Counted from the first letter of the stretch, positions 12,982 to 26,150 are shown. The stretch: 64,000 nucleotides of DNA from Eledone cirrhosa (GCA_964016885.1 OZ024746.1:93000001-93064000), one strand, 5' to 3'. Program-made: numbers and translations. Notes: generated from the sequence alone by a model not told the origin.

Positions 12982-13169
12982 TATTCAGTTTTAGTTTTAA
13001 GTTTTTACTGGTTGCGCATTTCTAATGCTTTTCAAAAATAATTTTGAGATAGAGCGCCCGTGATGTTTGCTCTAATCTGAGCAAACATCACGGGCGCTCT
13101 ATCTCAAAATTATTTTTGAAAAGCATTAGAAATGCGCAACCGGTAAAAACTTAGAACTAAAACTGAATA
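12982..13169. repeat. Near-perfect palindrome: 91-bp arms, 6-nt loop
   Basis: 12982-13072 is the reverse complement of 13079-13169 with 2 mismatches; loop TAATCT. Confidence 0.95.
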
Positions 13170-14140
13170 CTCACCAATACTTATTACTAATTTATACTTA
13201 TTCCTAATTAAACTATTTTTCACTGGGAAAAATTTGTCAGCATTTTCTTTTCCTTTTACTAATATATATATATATATCTGCCAATACTGGCATTGAATAA
13301 TCAAAACCGTAGCGGTATGTCGCATATCAAATCTTATATTTTGTCTGATGAAAACGTACTTAAACAACCATTGTACAATAATGTATAATAAAATATATAT
13401 TTTGATTGAGAATATTTTTCATTTATTAACATTATGAATAAAATTAAATACTCCAGGAAAATCTCTTATTGAGTGATTCTAATCTATTGTAAAATTGTAT
13501 TCATTGATTAATCAACAAACCATATTAATCTTTGGTTATATATATATATAGTTGAGTGCGTATGTGTTATCTCAAGTGTCACAATTTCATATGCATTAAG
13601 AGAAAAAGGCTTTTTTTTTTTCTTTAGTAAGTTTGATACTAGGATCATTGATCATAAATTCACAAATATCTGTATCAATGGACTCCAATAGTTTGAAGAT
13701 ATGGGGTAGAGGATAGATAGGTGTAGGGTAGGATATGACTTAAAACTATCACCTTCTCCGATAGTTTATCTGACACCTCATGTTCAAGTTTTTTGGGGTT
13801 TTTTTTGTGTGTTATTTTTTTGTTTGCTGTTATTAGAAAAGTGACTATCATTTAATAAGTAGGCCAGTGGAACCAGTTTTCTGGAAATCCCTCCCCGGAG
13901 GGCTTCCTATTGCATTATCAATAAAAAAATAATTTATTAGTTTTAATTCGATTTGTTGTTTATTTTATCTTTATTATTTTTTTCATCACCCACTTTTATT
14001 TTTTTTTAAATTGTTTTAGTCTCTTTTTAAATTTTGATGAACTTGTGTGTGTGTGTGCATATATATATATATATATGTAGATGTGCGTGTGTGTGTACAC
14101 ACGTACACACATATATTATGTGTGTGTATGTGTGTGATAT

Positions 14141-14261
14141 ATCACTTTAAAAGGTTATCTGTCTCATATATATATATATATATATATGGCAGGGGAAAGC
14201 GGACGTAAAATGATGATATATATATATTTATTATTAGAGACAGATAAGTTTATAAAGTAAT
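14141..14261. repeat. Imperfect inverted repeat (25-bp arms) extended by complementary TG/CA microsatellites
   Basis: ATCACTTTAAAAGGTTATCTGTCTC versus GAGACAGATAAGTTTATAAAGTAAT. Confidence 0.75.
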
Positions 14262-15069
14262 ATATATATATTACACAAATACACACACACACACACATAC
14301 ATGTACACACTTGAGCTTTCTGAAATTTTTTTTGTCTCACTCACTCCCCTCCCTTCTTGCACACCTCCCCTCTTCCTCGACCCCCTCATCTCTTTTATTG
14401 CTCCCCCTCTCTCTCTCTCTCTCTCCTTTCTTCCCCACTCCTTTCAATCTCTACTTTCTTGGTACCTCCATGCCCATCTCTCCTCTCTCCTCACTGCCAC
14501 CACCACCCTACAAAGAACAGATGAGAATCTGAACTCTACACTTCCCATTTCACACTTATTTCAAATTTAGCAGATAAATATTTTTACTTCTTTTTCACCA
14601 ATCTGTCTGTCTGTCATTCCGTATTTAAATGACTGAATGAATGACTGTCTGTTTTTTAAACCCCTCCCTGTTATCCACTTCTTAATCTTTGATTTCTTCT
14701 CAGTTTTTTGATACCTTAAGAGGCCTTTATTGATTGATTATCTATCTATATATCTATCTGCCTGTATGTATGTACACGCGCACACACACACACACACACG
14801 TGTGTGTGTGTGTAATGCTTTCATTGGTATATTTTAAATGAAAGACACTATTATTTTCAAATAATTTTGAATCAAGACTTTGGAGGCATTTACTAATATA
14901 ATTAAATTCCTTATTATTAAGCTGGTATTTGAAACTTAACTTAAATTTTTTTTTACATAAAATTATGATGGATGGCTTTTAGATAAATATAAGTACTTTG
15001 TAACAAAGTTTTGCATTGTAGAACGAGAGTGATTGTAAATGTTTTGGTATCAAAGGGGGTCAACATAAA

Positions 15070-15320
15070 CCATGGGTGACTTGAGAAAAAAGCTTGGTAC
15101 AAAAGAAATTAGATGCAGTCTACAAGAGAAAAGACTGCTAGTATGGACATGTATTGCATATGGATGATTGGTGCATGAAGATGTACCAGGAGTCCTGAGT
15201 AGAAGACCTGGGTAGAAGTGGTGAAAGCTAATCTCAGTATGCTGAACACCCAAAAAGAGATGATAAAGGAGAGAGATAAGATGATGAATGCTATGTTGTA
15301 GAGGACTCATCGGACTCATC
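15070..15320 (+). mobile_element. Degenerate RTE/RTE-X-like LINE 3' fragment
   Basis: Broken translation RRL..YGHVLHMD...KTWVEVVKANL is typical of an RTE-group C-terminus. Confidence 0.55.
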
Positions 15321-15324
15321 TACT

Positions 15325-15580
15325 ACTTATTCTCCTTCTCCTGCTTATTCCTGAGAAGGTCATGAGGACAGAGTCCTCAAATGCACCTTCCAGTAGGTCC
15401 TGTCAGAAGCAACCTTTTCCAACTGATCCAGCTATATCTCCAAGCGAGAACAGCCAAGCTCGTGTTTGTTAGCCAACCATCTTGCTCGGTGTCTGCCCTT
15501 GGGTCTCCTGCCGGTTGGTTTTGCCCGTAAAATCTGTCCAGCGATTCTTTCCTGAGACATTCTAACCACATGCTCATACA
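15325..15580 (-). mobile_element. RTE-clade LINE 3' end fragment
   Basis: Translation YEHVVRMSQERIAGQILRAKPTGRRPKGR..ARWL; matches 29520-29770. Confidence 0.85.
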
Positions 15581-15681
15581 AGCAATGGACAATCATAATG
15601 ATTGAATTAATAAATAACAATTAAATTATTATTGATACAGGCATTGCTGTCAATTTAAGTATTTGGTTTATTATATGTTAC

Positions 15682-15901
15682 TTAACCCTTCTGTTACTAA
15701 TTTGGCCCAAACCGGTTCTGGTTCTATGAAATAAACCCACCCATTTTAAATATAAATTAAAATCTTCCAACTAATTTTATATAAAAACCTTACATTAAGT
15801 TACTTTCTTAGTAATGAAGTAATTCATAATTTTAGTAAATTCTTCATTAATTAATTAAAATAGAGTGTATTTCATTAGAAATACAGTCATGAAAGGGTTA
15901 A
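15682..15901. mobile_element. piggyBac-type MITE (family B)
   Basis: TTAA-CCCTT ... AAGGG-TTAA; body shared with 5216-5436, 20323-20558, 34424-34666, 43305-43515 and 43553-43758. Confidence 0.75.
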
Positions 15902-16133
15902 TACCTGCGATACCAAACCACTAAATCAGTCAGTGTCTTTCATTAGAAATTTGGTAATGAAAGGGTTAACGTATCAATATGTAATTTTCAATAACCTTTC
16001 TTGTTCTTGGGACATATATTTCCTTGTCTTCTTATGTTTGCTGATTTTTATACTTTACCATTATTTAGTGTTTATTACATTGTTTTTCTTCATAATTTTA
16101 ATGTCGCTCCTTTTTTTATTTTTTATTTTTCAG

Positions 16134-16175
16134 AAAATGCTGGAAAATCCTAAACAACCTCCTGCTGTTGTGGAG
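16134..16175 (+). CDS. 42-nt coding microexon (phase 0-0): KMLENPKQPPAVVE
   Basis: Long T-rich tract and TTTCAG acceptor; GAG|GTGAGT consensus donor; open frame; non-repetitive sequence. Confidence 0.8.
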
Positions 16176-18789
16176 GTGAGTAATGTACACTTATCTGCCC
16201 CTTCCTCTTCAGTTTTGTCTTTGTCTGTCTATGAAGTAACATTGTGTTGTGTTCCACTGAAGAAAAACCTCTCTTATGTTTAGTCATGTACTTTATATCA
16301 TATTACTACCACTGTTTAGTGTAGCCTAATCAGAAAGGCAAGTTAGTTCATAACACTGTAGGGGGTAACAGCATATTTCTTCAGTGGAAGCTTTCATGTC
16401 ATGTTCTACATAAATAGAAATAAAATTAAAAAAAGGTTTTGCTGAAAGAAAGAACTGTTTATGTCCAGAGCAACATAAGGGCACAGTTTTTGAGTTTATT
16501 TACAGACAGGCGTTAAAACATATTTAAGGTTATTTTTAGATGTATTAAAAAGAATATCATCATCATTGCCATCTTCAGTTAATGTTAGTGAAGGGGTTAG
16601 ACAGGTCGGTACAGACTACATCAATATTTATTCAAAGTTGTTGTCCTCCCAAATGGCTGGGGGCCACATCTCACGTATGTTCTGATTTTGGCATGGTTTC
16701 TACAGACGGATGCTCTTCCTGTCACCAACTAATTTACAGAATCTATTGGGTGCATTGTATTAAGGCAACAGCACTAGGGAAGTTGTCATAACTTTAACAT
16801 GACTGAAGAGGTTCTCTCAGCTCTTTGTTTCAATTGCTCTATGCCCTTCCTTTACAAAGTGCACAACAAAAAATAAAATGAAACTTACAGCTCAAACTTA
16901 TGTAGGTTTAAAAGGCTTCTTCAAGGTTACAGCTTATAGATTTTTTTGTGAGTTTTAATAATTGTTTCCTTGATCTGATTTGATGACCAGCTCTTTTCCT
17001 TTGTTGATATAAAAGTAAAGCTCTCTAAACTGTTTCAGAGATGTTAGTCTTTAGTCTCTATGGTAGCATAGACCGTATTGTCACAAATAATTTAGTTATA
17101 TAAATGCATGTAGACATGGTTAAGTGGTTGAGAAGTTTGCTTTGCAATCATGTGACATCAGGTTTTATCCCATTACATGGCACCTTATAGAGTTTTTGTG
17201 AGTTTTAATAATCGGAAGCATCTTGCACAAGAACGCAATCCAACACCCTATCCACTGGGCCATGTACCTTTATGGGCTATGAATAACATTACTATAAAAT
17301 AACTATGAAATTCATTAAAAATATACATACTCCCTTTTACATCAAAGACCAACCAGGGAAGGCTGGTTATAGAAAGTGTAACATCAATGGTGGTGCCCCG
17401 GCATGGCCTCAGCCTATCAGCTGGGAACACGTAATAGAGTAACATTTGATAAATAACATAGAAAGAAACAAGCAAACAATATATTTAAATAACTAATAAT
17501 AGTAGAACATTTAACTATTAGTAGAAGAGAACATTTAAAAAACGCAATGACATATGGTGGATAAAATGTTGGTTTGATCACATATTTCTAGGGCAATTTT
17601 TATTTTTTCCCAACCTTAATTTTTTTTAGTTTTTAGACCTTATTTAGATCTTATTTTTAGACCTTAAAATTTTTTTTTTACACCTTATATAAAGATAATA
17701 TAAATTTTAACTTGAGATCTCTATTGTTCATTAACCTTTAGCACACTGAATTTTTTATGAATTGCTTCCCTTGCCACTGCATTATGTATTAAGAGGAGAT
17801 TACTCTATTGGTGACATAAGTCGCCTTCAGCACCCATGACAAAATCAAAACTATTTACCTATTATACATTGCTGCAATATAATCATGTTCTCGGGAGAGA
17901 AAACTCTGTCTTTAGTTAGTATTTTACTGAGCATTGAAAACCTAAGCTCAATACTATCTGATGTAGGTTGACACTTAAACAAGGGACTGTAATCCATGGG
18001 AGATATTGATAAGTAATAACTTATTACTATACAATTATTTTTGTTTTTATTGTTTATCATCATCATCTGCATTTTTACAGTGATGATGGTTAGGTATCAC
18101 CTGCATCTTCTTTGTTGTTGCTACTGTAGTGTACAAGGTACACACCCACTCACATTCATTGTTATAAATTTTCACTTTATTTTCTTTGAAATAGTTACTA
18201 TGGTGACCAACAGTAGTTTATTGATTTTTAGCAATTTCTGCTTGATGAGTGCCTCCACATCAACAATATCAATAACATCCTCTCTGTCGTTAAATTAGCT
18301 CATACACTGTTATTTTATATTGATTGATATTAACATACTAGATCAATAGATTATTTAACAATTCAATCTCATTAGATTGTTGTTAATCTCGGTATATTTT
18401 CTGTTGTTTTTAAACCAGAATCATTATTTTTACATCTACTTTTCCATGTTTTAACAAGTTAGACAAGTCTTCTTCAGTACAGCATCTCTCTACATGCTTC
18501 TTTTCTTTGTCATCTCCTTTGTCAGGTTCAGTTTCTTTAGATCAGTTTTTTGCCCGCATCTTTCTTGGTCTTCATCCTCCATGGCTTTTCATTTGGAACT
18601 CTGTGTACTTCTTCATACACATTACATGTCTATACAAGCACAATCTTCTCTCTCGCATGATATATTTGTCTTCTGCCTTCACATGTCCTTTGTAGTTACT
18701 GCCTATGTCTCAGTGCCATGCAACATCACACTTCACACACATGCAGTACATATATAATTAAATTTTCTGTGAAGCATTACTATTGCATC

Positions 18790-19170
18790 CAAATTCAGAG
18801 AACTCCCCGAGCAAACTGAGGACATTGAGTCAGGGTGGAGATTGTTCAACACAACAGTTTCTGCTTCAGCTGTTGGAGGCTGTGGGCGAAAGAGGCTTGG
18901 TGTGGCACTGGGTGGGAGGAAGACCTCCTGGTTCAATCAAAAGGTCAAAGATGCCATCTGAGCAAAGAAGGGGGCCTACAAAGCTTGGCGTGGAAATAAG
19001 TCCTCCTCTTTGCACATGTGGTACAAACAGGTACTAAGAATTGCAGCAGAGACAGTTAAGACATTGGAAAACTTTGGAGTTAAGCTGAAATCTGACTTCA
19101 GATCAGCAAATAAAGTGTTTTGGCAGACCATCTGCCGACTTCATAATAAGTCCTCCACCATACCTGCTGT
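18790..19170 (+). mobile_element. Rex3/Expander-like RTE LINE internal fragment (EN-RT linker)
   Basis: Frameshifted translation EDIESGWRLF...CGRK...ENFGVKLKSDFRSANKVFWQTICRL. Confidence 0.75.
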
Positions 19171-19381
19171 CAGGAATGTGTCTGGGTTGGATGAGACATT
19201 TTGGGACAGTATTCTATGGTTAGGCCTTCCTAATACCAATCCTTACCTTGGTTTTAAGTATGGTATTTATTTCACTGCATTTCACCTGTCAAATCACTGA
19301 ACTGCAGGGCTTAAACAAATGGCACCAGTTTTTTTTTTTAGTGAAATAAACATGCAGAGAAACACACACAGTCTCTCTCTC

Positions 19382-19426
<45 letters not shown>

Positions 19427-19812
19427 AAATACTTGTGGTGTTTGAAGAAAATTGAGCTTCTAATTAGCTGTTAAGTTTGTCCATTAATTATTTGCTGAAT
19501 CAATTATCTTTTATCTATCCCCACTCTCTCTCTATTCCCCCCTCCCCACTCTCTCTCCAAAATGTCACTCACAAGATGTTGGTTAACCCAAGGTTATATA
19601 TAATACAGAACACAGTTACAATAGAACCTGAAACCATGTGTTTACAACCATGACTCTGCCTATACCTACACCTACGTTGTTTCTATTTATCAAAGAATTG
19701 TAATGTGAACAGTGTTATTTCTCCCCACTCCTACCATGACCCTTGCCTCAGAAATCTCTTGATATTGTAATGTAACCATTTGTTAAGGATAATATCACTA
19801 ACCCTTTCGATA

Positions 19813-20012
19813 NNNNNNNNNNNNNNNNNNNNNNNNNNNNNNNNNNNNNNNNNNNNNNNNNNNNNNNNNNNNNNNNNNNNNNNNNNNNNNNNNNNNNNNN
19901 NNNNNNNNNNNNNNNNNNNNNNNNNNNNNNNNNNNNNNNNNNNNNNNNNNNNNNNNNNNNNNNNNNNNNNNNNNNNNNNNNNNNNNNNNNNNNNNNNNNN
20001 NNNNNNNNNNNN
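19813..20012. other. Assembly gap (200 N)
   Basis: Run of N. Confidence 1.
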
Positions 20013-20181
20013 TACCAGACTTTCATATCTGCTTACACAAACATACACACATTATAGCTCGCATGCACATACACACACATTTCTGGTCTCTTATACACAC
20101 ACACTACTGCGGACATGCACAAACACACACATTTCTGCTCTCTTATACACACACACTACTGCGGACATACACATGCACAAA

Positions 20182-20228
<47 letters not shown>

Positions 20229-20322
20229 GCGCGCGCACACAGATGCACACATTTCTGCTTAGACCAGAAATGGTCAGTCTAATTTGTATAATGTGCATAC
20301 ATTTGGTGACATAATTTATTGA

Positions 20323-20790
20323 TTAACCTTTTCATGACCACATTTCTAATGAATTACAATCTATTTTGATTAATTAATGAAGACTTTTGTGTGCTTTACT
20401 AAAATTATTAATTATTTCATTACTAAGGTAGTAACTTAATGTAACTTTCTTAAAATTATGTTGGAAGATTTTAATATAAATTGGAAACCTTTAAAATGGG
20501 TGACTTTATTTCATAGAACCAGAGACGGTTTGGGCCAGGTTGGTAACTAAAGGATTAATGAATAATTTTGCTAGAACACAATATATATTTGAAGATTTTA
20601 GGGTAAACTTAACTCTTTAAACCAGCTGTAAATCACTTCTTTCTGTTCAAACCAACTGTAACTGGCCACTCATACCGACGTTGAGGTATTGTTCTCAAAA
20701 TATAATATCAAATTCTCATTATGTGAGGTAAAGCCTTTTCTGTGAAAATACAATAGTAAATATAGAATAATGTAGATGCTAAAGGGTTAG
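20323..20790. mobile_element. Two adjacent TTAA MITEs (family B 20323-20558; family A 20609-20790)
   Basis: TTAA-flanked termini; bodies match the other copies. Confidence 0.7.
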
Positions 20791-21165
20791 GGTAGATATG
20801 ACCAGTTTTCGAATTTGAAGCCTTTGCTATAAAGTGTAAACACTTTCAACTATATCTCTGTACACATAAGAAAAAATAAGATTATTCTGGTGTTTGCATT
20901 TCAGACATTACTGTATCCTCATCAGTTGATATTTACTCCTTATGATTCCATGTATGGTGGAATATTGATATAGCAACATTATTGGTTTATTTTTACTGTG
21001 TGCATGTATATGCCTGTGTGCATGTCTATGCGTCTGTGTACATGTCTGTGTGCGCATATATGTATATGTCTGTGTGTCTAAATGTGTGTATCTATATGCA
21101 TGTGTGTGTGTAAGATTCTTTGGCACTCAATCAACACCAAAAATTCTTAAGTTATTTCATTCTCT

Positions 21166-21690
21166 ACAACCACCATCATCAGCACCACCATCACCACAAC
21201 CTCAACCACCACAACCAGGAACACTACCACCACACCACAAACATCACCACCTCAACCACCACTATGATCACCATCACCACAACTTCCACCACTACCATCA
21301 CCACCACCATCATCACCAACACCATCACCACCATCATCACCAACACCATCACCACCATCATCACCAACACCATCACCACCATCATCACCAACACCATCAC
21401 CACCACAAGCATCATCACCACCACTACCACCATCATCGCCACCATCACCATCATCGCCACCATCACTATCATCAGCACCACCACTACCATCACCACCACC
21501 AGCACCACGACCACCACCAGCACCACTACCATCACCACTACATCCACCATTACCACCATCACCACTACATCCACCATTACCACCATCACCACCACTGGCA
21601 CCACTACCATCACCATCACCACCACACCATCACCACCACCACCAGCACCACTACCACCACCAGCACCACTACCATCACCACCACCATTAC
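21166..21690. repeat. (CAC/CAT)n degenerate trinucleotide repeat
   Basis: Directly visible; it produces spurious His/Thr-rich ORFs. Confidence 0.95.
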
Positions 21691-21798
21691 TGTATTCTGT
21701 TGACCTAGCTACTACTACTATTATTTCACCTAAATTACCAAATTTATTTCCAGGTACCTATCTACTTTTCTTTTGTTAAGTTTTTCCTATTTCTTAAC

Positions 21799-21872
<74 letters not shown>

Positions 21873-22590
21873 TAATCTCTTCACTTTCTAAATATACTTC
21901 ACTTACTGTTCTGCAGTATGTATCCTGGCAGCCAGATACACTCACACACGCACACGCAGACATGCACGCGCACACACGCGCATGCACTCGCACACGGAGA
22001 CATGCGCACACACACACACAGATACACATACACACACATTGCATACTGTACCCATGCATACACATACACACACATTGCATACTGTACCCATGCATACACA
22101 CACACAGATACACACACACACACATTGTATACTGTACCCATGCATACACACACACACCCAATGCTCAATATGCACCCATACAGAGGCTCTACACGATCAT
22201 CATTTAATGGCTGTTTTTCCATGCTAGGAAGTGTTGGGTTATCATAGACCAAGTCAGTAATTAATCGGAACTAGTGACCTCTCATGAGTCAGTCATTCCA
22301 CCCCACCTCCACCGACCCTTGCATCTAGCTTACATATATTTCTGCAATTTACAGAGTGCACTAGGTGCATTACATCATGGTCCCAGCACTAGGGAGCTTG
22401 TCATTGACACAAATTAAAGAATCCTCTTGACCCTTTGATTGGCAGGTTTTCTATGGCTGGATGCCCATCCTGTCACCATCCACTTTACAGAGTGAACTGG
22501 GTGACCATCTTCTATATATACCGTTTCATATATACATATACACTCTTCTATACTCAAGTATAACTTTCACAAGCACTCATTCATTTTCTC

Positions 22591-22593
<3 letters not shown>

Positions 22594-22641
<48 letters not shown>

Positions 22642-23346
22642 ATGTGTGTGTATAGGTGTGTGTGTATGTGTATGTATATATGTGTGTATATATATGTGTG
22701 TATATATATGTGTGTATATATATGTGTATATATATATATGTGTATATATATATATGTGTATATATATGTGTATATATATATGTGTATATATGTGTATATA
22801 TATATGTGTATATATATATGTGTATATATATATGTGTATATATATATGTGTATATATATATGTGTATATGTGTATATATATATATGTGTATATATATATG
22901 TGTGTATATATATATATGTGTGTATATATATATATGTGTATATATATATATGTGTGTGTATATATATATATATGTGTGTGTATATATATATATATGTGTG
23001 TGTATATATATATGTGTGTGTATATATATATATATGTGTGTGTATATATATATATGTGTGTATATATATATATATGTGTGTATATATATATATATGTGTG
23101 TGTATATATATATATGTGTGTATATATATATATGTGTATATATGTATGTATATATGTGTGTGTATATATATATATATGTGTTTGTATATATGTGTGTGTG
23201 TATATATATATATATGTGTATGTATATATGTGTGTATATGTATATATATATATGTGTGTGTGTATATATATATATATGTGTATGTATATATGTGTGTGTG
23301 TATATATATATATGTGTGTGTGTATATATATGTGTATGTATATATG
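22594..23346. repeat. (TA)n(TG)n compound microsatellite
   Basis: Directly visible. Confidence 0.95.
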
Positions 23347-23347
23347 T

Positions 23348-23955
23348 CAGGTCACCAGTTGGTGCTACTGGTAACATGTATCCCAGTACAACCTGTCTCA
23401 TGGTCGGGTCGTTGGCGACTAAACTGGCAACCCTACCAAGGTTTCTTGGTGAGGAGGGTGACTTTGGACATCCTGCAGGACTAAAAACAAAACCTGTCAA
23501 AGGGCAAGGGAGCTCTTAAGACTCAATAGCCATCCAAAATCACCGGGAGAGATGACCCCTTAGCCTTTGTCAAGGCAGAATTCTAGGAGAAGGAAAACTC
23601 TGATATAACACCTGCAACCCTGATGGTATCCAATGATGTTGACTTGTTCTTCTTTTTGGTAAATATCATCTTGGTTAAGAGAGTGGGACTGGCTTTGTGC
23701 AGTGCCTTTGCTCACTATAAAAGCTTCACAGCACAGGCATTGCTTTATATCTGGAGATCTCTCTGCACTTGTCATCACATGGTACCATGGGCCCTGCACT
23801 ATGTGTCAATAATGGTCACAAGTGTAGTCTTTGTACCAGAGTTTTCAAGTCGCTGGCTGGACTAAAAAGTCACATTCGTTCAGCGCATCGGTAGGGGTTC
23901 TCCTACATGGATATAAAGTAGTGGCCGTACTCGAAAACGAGTTGGCAGCCACCAT
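23348..23955 (+). mobile_element. Bipartite (internally deleted) RTE/BovB-like non-autonomous retroelement
   Basis: The 5' part has an RTE 5'UTR-type motif CTAGGAGAAGGAAAACTCTGAT. The 3' part (23805-23894) encodes [29 protein letters not shown] (CX2CX12HX4H), followed by a short 3' UTR with a CTCG/CGAG stem. Microsatellite flanks both sides. Confidence 0.65.
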
Positions 23956-23982
23956 GTATATATGTGTATATGTATATATGTA

Positions 23983-24029
<47 letters not shown>

Positions 24030-24718
24030 ATGTGTATATATATATATATGTGTATGTGTATATGTATATATGTGTGTATGTGTATATGTATATATGTGTG
24101 TATGTGTATATATATGTATGTGTATATGTATATATGTGTGTATATGTATATATGTGTGTATATATATGTATGTGTATATGTATATATGTGTGTATATGTA
24201 TATATATATATATGTATTTGTATGTGTGTATATGTATATATATATATATATGTATATATATACATATATGTGTGTATATGTGTATATATATATATATGTG
24301 TATGTATATATGTGTGTGTATATGTATATATATATCATCATCATCATCATCATACGTATGTATATATGTATATATATATACGTATATATATATATATATA
24401 TATATACGTATGTATATATATATATATATATACGTATGTATATATATATATATACGTATGTATATATGTATATATATATACGTATGTATATACATATATA
24501 TACGTATGTATATATATATATATACGTATGTATATATGTATATATATATACGTATGTATATATGTATATATATATACGTATGTATATATGTATATATATA
24601 TACGTATGTATATATGTATATATATATATATACATATATGTATATATATATATACATATATGTATATATATATATATACGTATGTATATATATATACATG
24701 TATGTATATATATATACA
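23956..24718. repeat. TA/TATG/TACG compound microsatellite
   Basis: Directly visible. Confidence 0.95.
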
Positions 24719-25371
24719 TCTGCTCATAGCCCTCGTTCGTGTAGGTTCTATTCTCTAAGCGCTCATATATTCACCTAGCTTATGCTAAACAGAATAATTT
24801 TTGAAGCTTGTTTCTCCCCTACGGTATGCTATATTTTCTGTTGTTCTCCTGTCTCACTCGCTTTACGCGTTTTAATTGTCCTAATAACTTATTTTGGTTA
24901 TTATTGCACCGAAGTGAGATATATGATTTTTAATGCAATGAAATATCTATGATCTTCGGCAAATCACTGATGAGGGACTTATTTTATTACATGTTACCCA
25001 TGTGCTACCTGCAGTATTTTTCTATATATTTTAATATATATATGTATATATACGTATATATATGTATATATACGTATGTATATATGTATATATACGTATG
25101 TATATATGTATATATACGTATATGTATATATATATATATGTCACTGGACCGAGACCTTTGGCGGTACTCAGTAATAGAGAAGACTCGCCTTACCTAAATA
25201 CAAAGTAAAACCTACTACAGTCAGTAGGCATCTCTAACAAAATACACCCCCCCGTCCCACCACCCCCACCCCATCCACACCACCCCTTTCAATGTAAAGT
25301 TATGTTGGTGCCACAACATCCAGGCCGAAACAAATGAGATCGTGTAGGTGTCACGACAAAAAACACACAGG

Positions 25372-26046
25372 CCACGCTGTAATGTGGCCGTGTAGGTAAC
25401 ACGGTAAAAACCTCCCAGCCCCACACTGTAAATGTGGTTGGTGTTAGGAAGGGCATCCAGCTGTAGAAAACCCGCCAGACAGTCCACGCTGTAATGTGGC
25501 TGTGTAGGTAACACGGTAAAAACCTCCCAGCCCCACACTGTAAATGTGGTTGGTGTTAGGAAGGGCATCCAGCTGTAGAAAACCTGCCAGACAGTCCACG
25601 CTGTAATGTGGCTGTGTAGGTAACACGGTAAAAACCTCCCAGCCCCACACTGTAAATGTGGTTGGTGTTAGGAAGGGCATCCAGCTGTAGAAAACCTGCC
25701 AGACAGTCCACGCTGTAATGTGGCTGTGTAGGTAACACGGTAAAAACCTCCCAGCCCCACACTGTAAATGTGGTTGGTGTTAGGAAGGGCATCCAGCTGT
25801 AGAAAACCCGCCAGACAGTCCACGCTGTAATGTGGCTGTGTAGGTAACACGGTAAAAACCTCCCAGCCCCACACTGTAAATGTGGTTGGTGTTAGGAAGG
25901 GCATCCAGCTGTAGAAAACCTGCCAGACAGTCCACGCTGTAATGTGGCTGTGTAAGTAACACGGTAAAAACCTCCCAGCCCCCACACTGTAAATGTGGTT
26001 GGTGTTGGGAAGGGCATCCAGCTGTAGAAAACCTGCCAGACAGTCC
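25372..26046 (+). repeat. 112-bp tandem repeat, 6 near-identical copies, inside an RTE-tailed SINE-like element that ends ~26150
   Basis: Unit CCACGCTGTAATGTGG...GGAAGGGCATCCAGCTGTAGAAAACCTGCCAGACAGT. Identical ORF starts recur every 112 nt. Tail GGACGTTAAACGATGATGA at 26119. Confidence 0.95.
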
Positions 26047-26150
26047 TATGCGAGCAAGATAATCACTCTTGCCTCAAGTGGGAAAACTCCCGTCCAAACC
26101 CATGCAAGCGTGGAACACGGACGTTAAACGATGATGATGATGATGATGAT

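Noticed and set aside
19731-20262. ORFs spanning X runs
   Set aside because: They cross the 200-N assembly gap.
21050-21779. His-rich 217-aa and Thr-rich 219-aa ORFs (could suggest histidine-rich beak or mucin-like proteins)
   Set aside because: Pure CAC/CAT repeat that stays open in several frames and on both strands; no signal peptide or splice support.
23805-23894. C2H2 zinc-finger gene exon (cephalopod ZNF expansion)
   Set aside because: A single finger with no TGEKP linker, followed by a stop and a retroelement-type tail; it fits an RTE ORF C-terminus.
22577-24778. Many 240-315-aa Y/I/C/V/M ORFs
   Set aside because: Translations of TA/TG microsatellites that lack stop codons.
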